Source: Octopus vulgaris (Eukaryota). Taken from it: 64,000 nucleotides of DNA. The translations under genes and the position numbers were made by a program. Below the pieces are notes generated by a model. That model made no database searches and had not been told where the DNA came from. It saw only the letters and a program-made list of their open reading frames with translations. The DNA lies in the NCBI GenBank assembly GCA_951406725.2, contig OX597833.1, positions 40,982,001 to 41,046,000 of the forward strand, read 5' to 3'. Shown here piece by piece: positions 41,481 through 56,108 of the stretch. Position 1 is the first letter of the stretch. Every line of letters starts with the position of its first letter.

Positions 41481-41737
41481 TTTTACTCTCTTTTACTCTT
41501 TTACTTGTTTCAGTCATTTGACGGTGGCCATGCTGGAGCACCGCCTTTTAGTCGAGGAAATCGACCCCAGGACTTATTCTTTGTAAGCGTAGTACTTATT
41601 CTATCGGTCTCTTTCGCCGAACCGCTAATTATACGGGGACGTAAACACACCAGCATCGGTTGTCAAGTGATGTTGGGGTGGGGGACAAACACAGATACAC
41701 AAACATATAGACATACACATGCATACATACATATATA

Positions 41738-41777
<40 letters not shown>

Positions 41778-41942
41778 TACGACGGCCTTCTTTCAGTTTC
41801 CGTCTAACAAATACACTCACAAGGCTTTGGTCGGCCCGAGGCTATAGTAGAAGACACTTGCCCAAGGTGCCACGCAGTGGGACTGAACCCGGAACCATAT
41901 GGTTCGTAAGCAAGCTACTTACCACACAGCCACTCCTACGCC
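41481..41942 (-). mobile_element. SINE family B
   Basis: Collinear reverse complement of 16387-16796, with a (ttttactc)n tail. Confidence 0.9.
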
Positions 41943-42241
41943 TTTTTTTTTTTTTTTGTAGTTAGTACGATATGATTTTACGGAGAAGTAAACAAACCAG
42001 AAAGGCTGTCCGGGAGAGAGGCGGGGACAACCACAGAAAGCACTGACACCCACGCTTATATACATATATACATAAGAGATACATCCATGACGGGCTTTCA
42101 CACAGTTTCCGACACAAGAGATTGGTCGACTCAGGGCTATATTAAAAAAACAAAAAACACTTGCTCCGGGTGCCGCGTAGTGGAACTGAAACCGAATACA
42201 CGTTGCTTGAAAAGCGAGATTCATAACCACACATCTATGGC

Positions 42242-42273
<32 letters not shown>

Positions 42274-42390
42274 CATAAATACATTTACACTTAAAATATT
42301 TAAATATATTTATATATTATATATATATATATACATATATACACACACAATTTATTTATATACACATGTGTGTCTGTGTGCGTGTGTGCA

Positions 42391-42449
<59 letters not shown>

Positions 42450-43099
42450 ATGCATATATTCATTAATCTGTATATTGTATCATGTTTCCCGGTAGATTTA
42501 ATCTATTTCCTATACATAATTATAATTATATATGCACACATAATTATATTACGTACGTAAGCTACCCCACAAATATATGCGCATGTGTGCTTTCATGCCT
42601 GTGTGTGTCTGTGCGTCTGTGCGTCTGTGCGTCTATGTGTGTGTGTGTGCTCGCGCGCGCGTTTGTCTGTGTGTGTGTGCGTGTGTGTGTGTGTGCGTGT
42701 GTGTGTGTGTGCGTGTGTGTGTGTGTGCGTGTGTGTGCAAACTTAATTCGGTATTTAATCAGTACACTGCGATTGATAATGAAATATATTTGAGTATATT
42801 AAACGTAATTGTAAGTGTCGAAAAGCGGGAAAATGAAACTTTCAACAGCACAAAATCAGTCTTAATTGTTCTTATATATATATATATATATATATATACA
42901 TGCACACACTCACTCACACATACACATACATCCATGCATGCATGCATATATGTATATTATTTTTATACATGAATGTTGTTGAGTGAGACTTCAAAGTTTC
43001 GGCCAGCTAAGTCGTCGTTGTACTCAACAAAGGTATAGAGTAACCCACCAGATTAATGTAAAATTTATTTTTATTATAACTAAACAATAAATCAATATA

Positions 43100-43633
<534 letters not shown>

Positions 43634-44004
43634 ATATAAATTAATGGTAAAATATCTCTTTACCTTCACCCATTTAGTACCCTCGGTAATGAAATTGCAA
43701 TGTAATAAAAACACTTGTGTATTAATAATTGGGTATTCTACCAGTAGTATATTGGATAGATATTATCCCTTAGTTGGTTGGATTCACAACCTCTAACTTT
43801 CTTGGAAATATATATATATATAATTCATTAGGGTAACGGCATCCAGTGAAAATTATACTGTAACTATGGATAACATCAGGTAGCCCAAACGGTGAATGTG
43901 CTGTAAACAGCATACCAATAGATTCATATACCCAAAGTCCAAGTACTTATATATATATATATATATATAATTACATGGACTTTATATATATATATATATA
44001 TATA

Positions 44005-44198
44005 AAGTTAATCCAAACATGAAAACACAAAGAGAAAACACAACAACGCGAGGACGTGGAACAAATATAGTATTATTGGACGCTCAAGAAGGAAGGGAAG
44101 AAGGAGGGTTTAACTTTTCGAGTGGAGCTCTTCGTCAGAAACATAGGAAAAGGAAAGATCCAGAAAAGGGAAGACGGAGGGAAAAATCGCCAACGGTA
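44005..44198 (-). mobile_element. Family C1 copy 3
   Basis: Reverse complement of the C1 sequence; motif at 44108-44142; 3' end at (TA)n. Confidence 0.8.
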
Positions 44199-44247
44199 AA
44201 GACAGAGAGACAGAGAGAAGAAGACAGACTGACAGACAAACAGGCAC

Positions 44248-44340
<93 letters not shown>

Positions 44341-44345
44341 CAGAC

Positions 44346-44424
<79 letters not shown>

Positions 44425-44934
44425 AACAGAAATATATACTAGATTTGTAAAATATATTTTATCATGTCTTTGTATAAACATTTAATGAATATCATGTGTA
44501 CAATTATCGTGTTATGTGTTTGTAATTAAATTACATTCGGATATTTGCTTGTAATGATTTTTTCCCCTTTAATCTAATTAAAATGTTACGGTCAATCGGA
44601 GAATACATTTATATTTATTAAATATAAGTGGCGTGCAGTACACGAATGTATATGTGTGATGGCGTGTAAATGAGTTCGTTCATGTGTGTATGTGTGTATG
44701 TTTGCGTGTGTGCGTGTATGTGTGTATATGTGTAATTATATGTATACGTATATATATATATATATACACACACACATAAATATTAATACGTATATGTATG
44801 TATGCATAGCTGTGTGTGTGTGCAAACGTTTATGTTAAACATGTATATTCTTATACTTTACATATTTCAGTATTGGGAATGTGGCCATGCTGGAGCATAG
44901 GTGTATAATTATATTAATATATATAATTATATAA

Positions 44935-44992
<58 letters not shown>

Positions 44993-45163
44993 GCACACAC
45001 ATACATATATGTACACACATCCATATGTATATATACTCTCACACACATACGCAGGCTCTCAAACACACATATAAATGAAAGTATATGCATCCATTTACGC
45101 GTTTAATTGTGCGTGAGCGTGTCTAATGTGTTCAGATTTGTGTATGGATAAACATACATGTAT

Positions 45164-45217
<54 letters not shown>

Positions 45218-45230
45218 TGATAGATAGATT

Positions 45231-45330
<100 letters not shown>

Positions 45331-45354
45331 TAGACGTGCGCGAGTCGTACACAT

Positions 45355-45536
45355 GCTGGGTGGTAAGAAACTTGCTTCCCAACAACATGGTTCCGGGTTC
45401 AGTCCCACCGCGTGACACATTGAGTAAGTGTCTTCTACTATAGCCTGGGGCCGACCAAAACGTTGTGGTTGGATTTGGTAGACGGAAACTGGAAGGAGTC
45501 TGTTGTATGTATGTATGTATGTATGTATTATGTATG

Positions 45537-45588
<52 letters not shown>

Positions 45589-45832
45589 AATGTATATGCA
45601 TTTATATTTGTGTGTGTGTGTCTGTGTTTGTTGCCCCGGCATCGCTTGACAACCGTTGCTGGTGTGTTTATGTCTCCGTAATATAGCGGTTCGACAAAAG
45701 AGATCCGATAGACCGACTAGGCTTACAAATAAGAATAACTCCTAAGGTCGATTTATTCGACTAACACGTTTTAAGGTGGTGCTCCAGTATGGTCGCAGTC
45801 AAATAACTGAAACAAGTAAAAGGATAAAAGAA
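45355..45832 (+). mobile_element. SINE family B
   Basis: tggtaagaaacttgcttcccaac...gggttcagtccc...ggatttggtagacggaaactg, microsatellite, gtgctccagtatggtcgcagtcaaataactgaaacaag. Confidence 0.85.
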
Positions 45833-45970
45833 TCTATCTATCTTTTTTTTTTACGATCCCTTTTGATCGAAAACCTACCCCACTCTTTTTTCTCCCCAAA
45901 AAGAGAAGCTCTACTTTGTAATTTGTGCCGTCTGAATTCAGCCCTGTGTGGCTAATAAAGAAACATATAC

Positions 45971-46035
<65 letters not shown>

Positions 46036-46113
46036 ATATGAATACATATGTATATATATGTATGTATATATATATATATATATATATATCACATATGAAT
46101 ACATATGTATATA

Positions 46114-46156
<43 letters not shown>

Positions 46157-46171
46157 GAATACATATGTATA

Positions 46172-46221
<50 letters not shown>

Positions 46222-46609
46222 TACATATGTATATACATATATACATATATATAATACATATATATGTACACACAAACATACTAACACAGACACACACTCA
46301 CATCCGCACACACACATCCACACACAGTACACACACACACAAATAGTGTGTATGTGTTTTCCATTACATGGTGTGTTTGAAAGAAAAGCTAGTGGCATGG
46401 TTTTTTGCAGATCCTACGGGGACAGTAACATTGATGCCATTCCTCTGATGTCTGTTGAACGTTCTTCGTAAGGAAGACATCTACAGGTGAGAAGGGAATT
46501 CCAACAGGTGACATTCAGGGAAAGAAGGACTGACTGGACTGAGTGACAGGGGAAGAGAGGGGTGATGGAAAGATTGGATACAACACGAACGCTGATGAGG
46601 TGGCACCGC

Positions 46610-46992
46610 GGAGGGAGGAGGGGAGGAGGAGGAGAAGAGGGGGAGGAGAAGATGAAGAGGAGGGGGAGAAGATGGGAGGGAAAAGAAGAAGAAGAGGAGG
46701 AGGAGAAGAAGAGGGAGGAGAAGAAGAAGAAGAAGAAGAGGAGGAGAAGAAGAGGAGGAGAAGAAGAAGAAGAGGGGAGAAGAAGAGGAGGAGGAGAAGA
46801 AGTGGAGGAGAAGAGGAGGAGAGGAGGGGGAGCAGGAGGAGAGGAGCAGGAGGAGGAGGAGAGGAGGAGGAGGAGAGGAGGAGAGAGGAGGAGGAGGAGG
46901 AGGAGAGGAGGAGCAGGAGCAGGAGGAGGAGGAGAGGAGGAGCAGGAGCAGGAGGAGGAGGAGGAGCAGGAGCAGGAGGAGCAGGAGGAGGA
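46610..46992 (+). repeat. Polypurine (GGA/GAA/GCA)n tract
   Basis: About 380 nt almost entirely G/A on the plus strand. Confidence 0.95.
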
Positions 46993-48061
46993 GACGTTTG
47001 GGTTGGGAATACATGAGTAGGAGTGAGACGAGCTAGCCAGCTCCTCGGAGCAGAATGTTTTGTAGTAGCAGCAGAAAAGTTTGAGAGATGGGACATGGCC
47101 CTTTGGACTTGGTGGTTACAATACGTGCCTGTGAGTTTACATAACCCTTCAGCGTTCCAAATTACTCAGTCAAATGTAATGCATATTTATTCATATTGTT
47201 TTCAATTAATCATGTAATGTCGCATAGCTTTTAGATTTGGATGAGGCTACTGTCTAATTTTAGTATGGCATTGTTGTGTAGGTGTGAGAGGTTAGATCAG
47301 ACCTAGTTTGAATATAAAGCAAGAAGCATATTTTGGTTGGATATGGCCGGTTTAAATGCTAAAGGCTTTGCAGTCGAGTTGGTATTTTTTGGTTGCGGTC
47401 TTGGATGCCTAGTTTTCCAGTCTGAAGTGTGCGTGTTGCGTTGAGTGAGTTTGCGCGCGTGTGTGTGTGTGCGCGCGCATGTGTGTGTGTATGTGTGAGA
47501 GAGATAGTGTGTGTGTGTATGCATGTGTGTGTTTGCGTGAGTCTTCAAGAGAGAGAGAGAGAGAGAGAGAAAAAGTGTATGCTGGATCATTATGGATACC
47601 TTCAGCGATATGAAATTTGCTTAATTTAGTCCTGTTTGGTGACTTAATCCATTTAAACTGAAAAAAAAAAATTATTAAATCTTTAAAGTCATAAACTCCT
47701 GTGTTTCATAATTTCCAAAATGTCCACTATCATTAAGCATACAAACCGTGATGCGATTATGAAGTTCTAGAAACATATTTTGCAGTTAATTCCCAGTTAT
47801 GGCTTGAATCGCATTAGCTACCCTTGCCCACAAGGCGTCTTTAGAACCAGGTTTATTTGAATAAACACTAGTCTTCACATATCCCACATAAAATAAAGCA
47901 GAAGTATTCGTTTTTATTCTGTTTAGAAATTGATATATTTTAGATTCATGAAGCTTCTAAAAACTCATTACAAATTACTTCTCTCATATATAGAACAAAA
48001 TCTATAGGTACTTAATTTCGCTCAGAAGTGGACACACTTAAATTGCTACACATCCTCCAGC

Positions 48062-48111
<50 letters not shown>

Positions 48112-48361
48112 TATTATATTATATATATGTACATATATGTATTTAAGCATATATATAGATAGATACATACATATACATATATACATACAGACATACATAT
48201 ATATATATATATATATATGTATGTATATTTTAGTATTTATCTATATGTTCAGTTATAAAAGAAAATAATTTTGAATTAATCAGAAATAGTGAACGTGCTG
48301 TTAAGACCATACTAGCAGGTATATACCCAAATTTTAAATTGTTACTTATATATATATATAT

Positions 48362-48607
48362 AATACAGTGTACATTTAAACACATTAAGAGGTTTCCATC
48401 ATAGGAATCCCTTACGCTAGAAGGAAAAGCTAAAGTGTCTAAACCACTAATTAGGGATAAATTCTCGAATGGAATGAAAAATAAAAACATTTTTCATTCC
48501 CTTCGATAATTTATCCCTAATTAGTGATTTGGACTTTAGCTGTTCCTTCTAGCGTAAGAGATTCCTATGATGGAAATCTCTTGATGTGTTTAAATATGCA
48601 CTGTATT
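48362..48607. repeat. ~120-bp-arm inverted repeat starting at (TA)n
   Basis: aatacagtgtacatttaaacac...gaatgaaaaat, 6-nt spacer, atttttcattc...gtgtttaaatatgcactgtatt. Confidence 0.9.
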
Positions 48608-48708
48608 TTATATGAATAATATATAGTCTATTGACTAATCTTTCTATACGCTAGGCCACAAATAGTAAAAATTTCTAAAATCTTTATTATCCTGATATTA
48701 TTAATTAC

Positions 48709-48739
<31 letters not shown>

Positions 48740-48950
48740 CATAGACACATAGAAATACACCGTCAGCTAACATTTCACTAAACAAAATAGCAACAGGCAT
48801 CACAAACATTATTTGAGAGAGAAGGAAAAGCAAACATGGTGATTTGAACCACTTATCTACTCCCTGCAGATGACAGCCTTACCGATTACCCAATAGATAA
48901 CACTGCCAATACATCTCCCTCTCTCCTACATTGCTCTCTTTCTTTCTCTC

Positions 48951-49000
<50 letters not shown>

Positions 49001-49216
49001 TATCTAAATACTTAAATCCTTTTTAATTGCCACAACATTTTTAACCTTGCTATTTTGAATCTCTACAAGACAAAAGGCGATAATAAATAATTTTATATCG
49101 TATATGTTACATATTAAATTGGCAAATGTTCGACTTAGAAAGGTTATTCACACCGATTCGATGTTTAGGGTGTACGAAATGTACAGTCACCGAGAAAATG
49201 ATAGATGGGTGTCTTC

Positions 49217-49291
49217 TTTAGTGTCGTCTGCAGTGAACAGTTTAGTGTCGTCTGCAATGAACAGTTTAGTGTCGTCTGCAATGAACAGTTT
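49217..49291 (+). repeat. Three tandem copies of a 24-bp unit
   Basis: tttagtgtcgtctgca(g/a)tgaacag three times with no spacers. Confidence 0.95.
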
Positions 49292-49691
49292 CACTTTCCA
49301 CTTTCAAAGTGGGTGTTTATGTTCAGTATCATTTCGTATGGAAAATCTTAGCAGTTATTCATCCATAATAATTTTTATAAAAGTGAAATCATATATGTTC
49401 CAAAATGAAGGCTATGGAACCCTATCACAGGAGCACCTCGTAGATTATGTGACATTCCTTGAAATTTATGCTATTTAGTCCCAAACAAGAAAGCTAAGAA
49501 TATTGTATTGTTTGCTTGCAAACACAGCAATATGTATTGGAGAAAAATATGGTGATCAGGAAAATATTCCATTAATATTAATCATGTAAATTAGTACCGT
49601 GCTTTCAAATCAAAGCATGTAATTTGACAAGAAAAACATTTAAGAGTAAAATCATATTATAACTGCTGTACGTCTTTGTTTCTTTGTTTAT

Positions 49692-49792
<101 letters not shown>

Positions 49793-50045
49793 ATTTTATG
49801 AAGGTCATCTGGAAACATATTTTGAATTATATAAATGTAATAATTCTGAATGAATTCCATATTTCCGACTGAAATAAAAAATTGTCAGAAAGTTTTTACA
49901 GAAATTTAAATCATGATATAGGCCATGAGATTATATTGCACATTTGAGGTTTATCAAAACTCCGCCAAGCCAAAAGATACAAGTACCTCAGTGTGCATGC
50001 GAATGTATGTATGCGAGCGTGAATGTTAACATGTGTGTGTGTACA

Positions 50046-50099
<54 letters not shown>

Positions 50100-50376
50100 A
50101 CAATTGCAGCGTGGAAGGTGTTTGTAAGCCATTTAAGAAACACACAAAAGCCGTTCGATTCACTTCAACATTTAAGTTTAATTTGTCAAAATATTTTCGT
50201 CGCTAAAATCCACGACCTGTTCACTGACAGATGCAGCACGAATTTTTGTCAGTGAACAGGTCGCGGATTTTAGCGACGAAAATATTTTGACAAATTAAAC
50301 TTAAATGTTGAAGTGAATCGAACGGCTTTTGTGTGTTTCTTAAATGGCTTACAAACACCTTCCACGATGCAATTGT
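50100..50376. repeat. 130-bp-arm near-perfect inverted repeat at (TA)n; each arm carries a hammerhead fold
   Basis: Arms 50100-50229 and 50247-50376 with about two mismatches and a 17-nt spacer; the right arm continues into a unique tail. Confidence 0.95.
50246..50293 (+). ncRNA. Minimal type I hammerhead with swapped G3:C8 core pair
   Basis: UUGUCA, GUGAACA, G, GUCGC ggauuuua GCGAC, GAAA, AUAU, UU, UGACAA. Mirror copy on the minus strand at ~50183-50229. Confidence 0.7.
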
Positions 50377-50515
50377 TTTCGTTCCAGCACACGATCTCAG
50401 ATCAAATCACTTGCTATGCGAGTACATCTTCGTAATATAAATTTATATATATGTATATATCTATGTATATGTGCATGTATGTATGTGTGTATGTACATGT
50501 ATATATGTATATGTA

Positions 50516-50727
50516 GGGCGGAGAGCTGGCAGAAACGCGAGCACGACGGCAAAATGCTTAGCGGTATTTCGTCTCTTTATGTTTTGAGTTCAAATTCCAC
50601 CGAGGTCGACTTAGCCTTTCATCCTTTCGGGGTCGATAAATTAAGTACTAGTTGCGTACTGGTGTCGATCTGATCGGCTGGCCCCCTCTCCCTAAATTTC
50701 GGGCCTTGTGCGTACGTAGAAAAGAAT
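50516..50727 (+). mobile_element. SINE family A with the alternative tail
   Basis: Same head and core as the 6509 copy but tail cccctctccctaaatttcgggccttgtgc...tagaaaagaat. Confidence 0.85.
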
Positions 50728-50841
50728 GTATGTATGTATGTGTGTGTACATAGAAAGATATAGAGTGGTACATAGATGGATAGATGGATGGATATACAAC
50801 ACACATACACACATGCAAAAACACACACACATATAAACATA

Positions 50842-51059
50842 GAGGGTGCTGAAAAGTTCCAGGCTTTAAGGGGATCGCGAAAAGCCTGGCTGGAGGCCCA
50901 ACCTTCCGAGTTCTTTGAAAGAGCTTAGAAAAGCTAAAGGACCGCAGCGATAAGTGTGTGAATCTGAGAATCTGGAGAATTTGATGAATAAAATCATAAT
51001 TAACTGATCCTCCCATATTTTCTTTTATCCTAAGCCAAGAACATTCCAGCCCCTCCTCG
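50842..51059 (+). mobile_element. Deleted mariner derivative retaining the transposase C-terminus
   Basis: Imperfect TIRs gagggtgctgaaaagttccaggct / agccaagaacattccagcccctcctcg with TA flanks; KAWLEAQPSEFFER..LEKLKDRSDKCVNL with a frameshift. Confidence 0.75.
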
Positions 51060-51583
51060 TATATACATAGCTATAATTTTGTGCATACTTTCGAATATAT
51101 CCTCAATTCCACAATTCCTCCCTTCATCGCTGGAATATCATTCTATATTTTCACATTTACCTTACTCCAGAGAATACACACACCTGAAACTTTAGACGTT
51201 ACACTTCTCGAGGTAATTAAACTTAATCTCCCATCTCGAACTTTCTTCTTGATATTTATTTATTTATTTCTCCTTTGCAATGTCAGCAACGTATATAATA
51301 CTTTATATGATACTTTCTTTAAATATTTCTTTTACAATGATAAGTATGTAATATATATATTTATGAATATATGTATACGTATTGGCGAAACTGCAAATTT
51401 GAAGATTGAAAGATCCGAATGACACGCTAATGTTTTTTTCCTGTCATTTTCTGTATCGTCTAAATGTCCTGATGTTTTTTTGTCACCTGTTACGCTATTG
51501 TTCCATTTTTTTTTTTTTGCTTTCCTTTTTTACATATACATACATACATAAATACATACATATATACTTACATACATATATAC

Positions 51584-51624
<41 letters not shown>

Positions 51625-51886
51625 TATATATTTATTTGTATATATATATATATATATATATAAACATACAGGCATGCATACACATATCTAAGTATATATA
51701 TATGTGTGTCTGTATACATCTATCTATCAATAGAGTTTCTCTCTCACTCCTCTCTCTCTATATTTCTCACCCTCTCTGTATATAGATACATATATACATA
51801 CACACATAAACAAATATAGACACATATATATAAATATATGTATACATACATACACACATGTACATATAAATAAATATATATATATA

Positions 51887-51972
<86 letters not shown>

Positions 51973-52118
51973 GTATGTATATATATATGAATGTATGTAT
52001 ATACATATTTATATATATATGAACACCAGTATTTTTTAAAAGCCTCTATTCATTCCCTCGATCTCTTTTGGCGTAAACACACCAACAACTGCTGCAAAGC
52101 GGTGGTAGTGTACAAATA

Positions 52119-52167
<49 letters not shown>

Positions 52168-52317
52168 CTAGACGTAGAATATACATATATATATATATAT
52201 TTATATATATGTGTATATTCTACGTCTAGTATGTATGTAAGTATATGCATGTGTGTATATATATACACACACATACAAATACACATACTATGTATACATC
52301 ATTTTTATTTGTGTATA

Positions 52318-52400
<83 letters not shown>

Positions 52401-53201
52401 ATGTATATATGCATATATATATTATATTGTATATATATATATATTATAAAACATATCTGAAGAACAAATATTTCCTATTATGCAAAAGCTTCGTAAGTCC
52501 AAATAGTTTCAACATTCCGTAGCAAAACCGTTGTACTACAGTTTGACAATTTTTGATATCTTGGCATCTGGAGCAACTGGCGATAAAATAGTTTGACCAA
52601 AAGAAACGGCTATTGGAAGCAAAAATAAATATTGTAAAAAACGCATTCGGCTAAATTTGAATATATGACAGTTTAACATAATAGCAACGATAATGAATAC
52701 ATCATGAAGCGACTACTAGTACATATAAATTCTGTGCCATATATCACGGTCTCAATTCTATCGTCTGTAAACAAATGTGATTTATGTTTGTGCGTGTGTG
52801 TGTGTAAGTGTGCGTACGTTTGTGTTTGTGTATTCGTACGTTCATACATACATTCACATACGTACATTCATATACGCATACACACATACATACATACATA
52901 CATACATACATACATGCATACATACATACATACATACATACATACATACATACATACATACATACATACATACAAAAGTATTATACACTATGTGACCAGG
53001 TCTTCTCGGATGTGTGTTCATGTGCATGTAGGGAGAAAGTGGGAGAGACAGGGTAGAGAAGGGGAAAAAACGGGACACGTTGACGAACAAATATATATGC
53101 TTGATCGATGGGGAAGTGGAACCAGTTAATTATGCTCTTTTAGACATAGTCCCTCTTCAGTGGGATATAGATGATGTAAAATGGAAAGAGAGCAAGGGAG
53201 G

Positions 53202-53266
<65 letters not shown>

Positions 53267-53270
<4 letters not shown>

Positions 53271-53347
53271 GTAAAGTATAGAAGCCATCTTATCATGGCT
53301 AACCAATGTGGTTAGCCATGATAATATGGCTTCTATACTTTACATTA
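53267..53347. repeat. 39-bp-arm palindrome embedded between two (TA)n tracts
   Basis: taatgtaaagtatagaagccatcttatcatggctaacca, atg, tggttagccatgataatatggcttctatactttacatta. Confidence 0.92.
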
Positions 53348-53390
53348 TCGAGCGATTACTGTTTCAATCTCATTCTGAGATTTAATTATG

Positions 53391-53433
<43 letters not shown>

Positions 53434-53840
53434 ATCGTTATTTAACATTCCGATCATATCAAGTGGCCAGTATGGGAATAAAAACCTTATAAGAATTAAT
53501 TATTATTAAAATTATAATTATGGGTATCTAAGAGATACCACCATGCTAGAGATAGCAGTCAAATCTTGACTCTAAAACTACTTCATATATTCATACAGTA
53601 CAATATTTATGTGCATAGAATAGAATAAGAAAAAGAAAGTCCTTGGTGCAGTATAATTTATTTGAAAAACAGATAGCAATGGCTTTTCTGATAACTTTTA
53701 CTTTTTAATAATTAGCTGTTTATAGGTTAACTTATAAACTTTTGATTATTCAAAGGGGAAAAAATGATCAGAAAAGCCATCTCTATACAGTTTTTTTTTT
53801 CAAATATATAATACTGTACCAAGGACTTTCTCTCTTATTC

Positions 53841-53901
<61 letters not shown>

Positions 53902-53905
53902 CATA

Positions 53906-53940
<35 letters not shown>

Positions 53941-53960
53941 TTTATTGATTTATATGTTTT

Positions 53961-54480
<520 letters not shown>

Positions 54481-55195
54481 CTAAAATAATATTAGGGAGT
54501 ATAACTCCAAACTTACAGGGAAAATTTCAATTTAGTATTAAATCAAATTTCACAATATAAATATATAATATATACAAATTAGAGAAAAACCACTATTATG
54601 TAATTCGAACAATGATAGACGTAAGTCATGCCATATAGAAAAAAATATTTTATTTTTTCTATATGCTATGATTTACAATCTAAAAAACGACATAGTTTAT
54701 GATAGTATCTCTTTATGCTCCTTAACGTAGCAGTTCGGCAAATAGTGCGTGGTAGATTCATCATCTGACTGAAAAATCTCTACTAGCATCGATAAGATGA
54801 ACTAAAACTCTTGTAAGAGTAGCTCTAGTATGACTGTTGTCCAGTCCAATACCTAATAAAAGGGTGAGACAGGTATGGTCGTCTGGTTTCTGGTTAAGAA
54901 GCTGGCTTCTGGTTCAGTCCACTGTGTAGTACCTTCCTTCGGCAAGTCTCTTGTACTATAGTTCAGGGTCAACAAAGCGTTGTCCGCGAATTTGGTAGAG
55001 GGAAACTGTGAGGAAACTCGTCGTATATGAATATGTGTGTGTGTGTGTGTGTCTGTGTGTGTGTGTGTTTGTTGTGTGTGTGTACGTGTGTGTGTGCACA
55101 ACCGAATAATTGTCACATATATTTACAGATAAATTCCTCTATTTACATAATATTGAGGTCTCTTTCATTCTTTTGTTGTCTTACCATTACTATTA

Positions 55196-55232
<37 letters not shown>

Positions 55233-55302
55233 GGAGTAAACACATAAATGTGAAACAAGGTGGAAAAAAGAGTACTCAAATACCAGGTTTTTTTTGCAAA
55301 AA

Positions 55303-55340
55303 CTGTCCGACGAACGGGAACGTGAAACTCGGAGTAACAG
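55303..55340 (+). ncRNA. Minimal type I hammerhead, C4 variant, in a 150-bp insert between two (TA)n tracts
   Basis: CUGU, CCGACGA, ACG ggaa CGU, GAAA, CUCGGAG, UA, ACAG. Predicted GUA cleavage triplet; GNRA loop on stem II. Confidence 0.72.
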
Positions 55341-55955
55341 GTTTTGTTGAATTTTCTGCTGCTTTTAAATAAAGTTTAGATATATATATATATATATATA
55401 CTTTAGGTTACCCCAAAAAATATAAAATTTGGAGAGAAACCTTACAGTAGACTCGAACGCTGATACTCGTTTACTTGACCAGTATCGTTCCATTTAATCA
55501 GTGATACAGTAGGGTCGGTAGTAATATTTTTTTCAGGAATCCTTTTCTTTCATTTATTCATTATTTATTATTCAATGTTTTCTAAGTACATACAACGTAA
55601 TAACTACATTACCCTCAATTAATCTAACAAATCACTCGACTGTGTAATCACCCATCAACACGCGCGTGTGTATGCTCATAGACGTGCATGTCTGTATCTG
55701 CGTACGCGTGAGTGCGTCTGTTCATCTGAATATATGTAAATACGTGTATGTGTGCACGTATACTTATGTGTGTGCGTATATGTGAATATAAATCTGTATG
55801 TATATGAGATCATATGCGTGTGTGGTGTCATATACATTATATATATATTGATAGAAATGGTAAGACAACAGAAGAATGAAAGAGACCTCGATATTATGTA
55901 AATAGTTTTATCATAGCTACCGAATAATTGTCACATATTATATTTACACATACAT

Positions 55956-55987
<32 letters not shown>

Positions 55988-56046
55988 TTATTTATATATA
56001 CATATATATATATGTATAAATATATATATATATTTATATATATTTA

Positions 56047-56108
<62 letters not shown>

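Noticed and set aside
46481-47096. Glu/Arg/Gly-rich or Ser/Pro/Leu-rich ORFs of 150-190 aa
   Set aside because: They are products of the polypurine repeat in multiple frames.
49217-49291. 24-bp repeats as a possible CRISPR array
   Set aside because: The copies are contiguous without unique spacers, the context is eukaryotic, and there are no cas genes.
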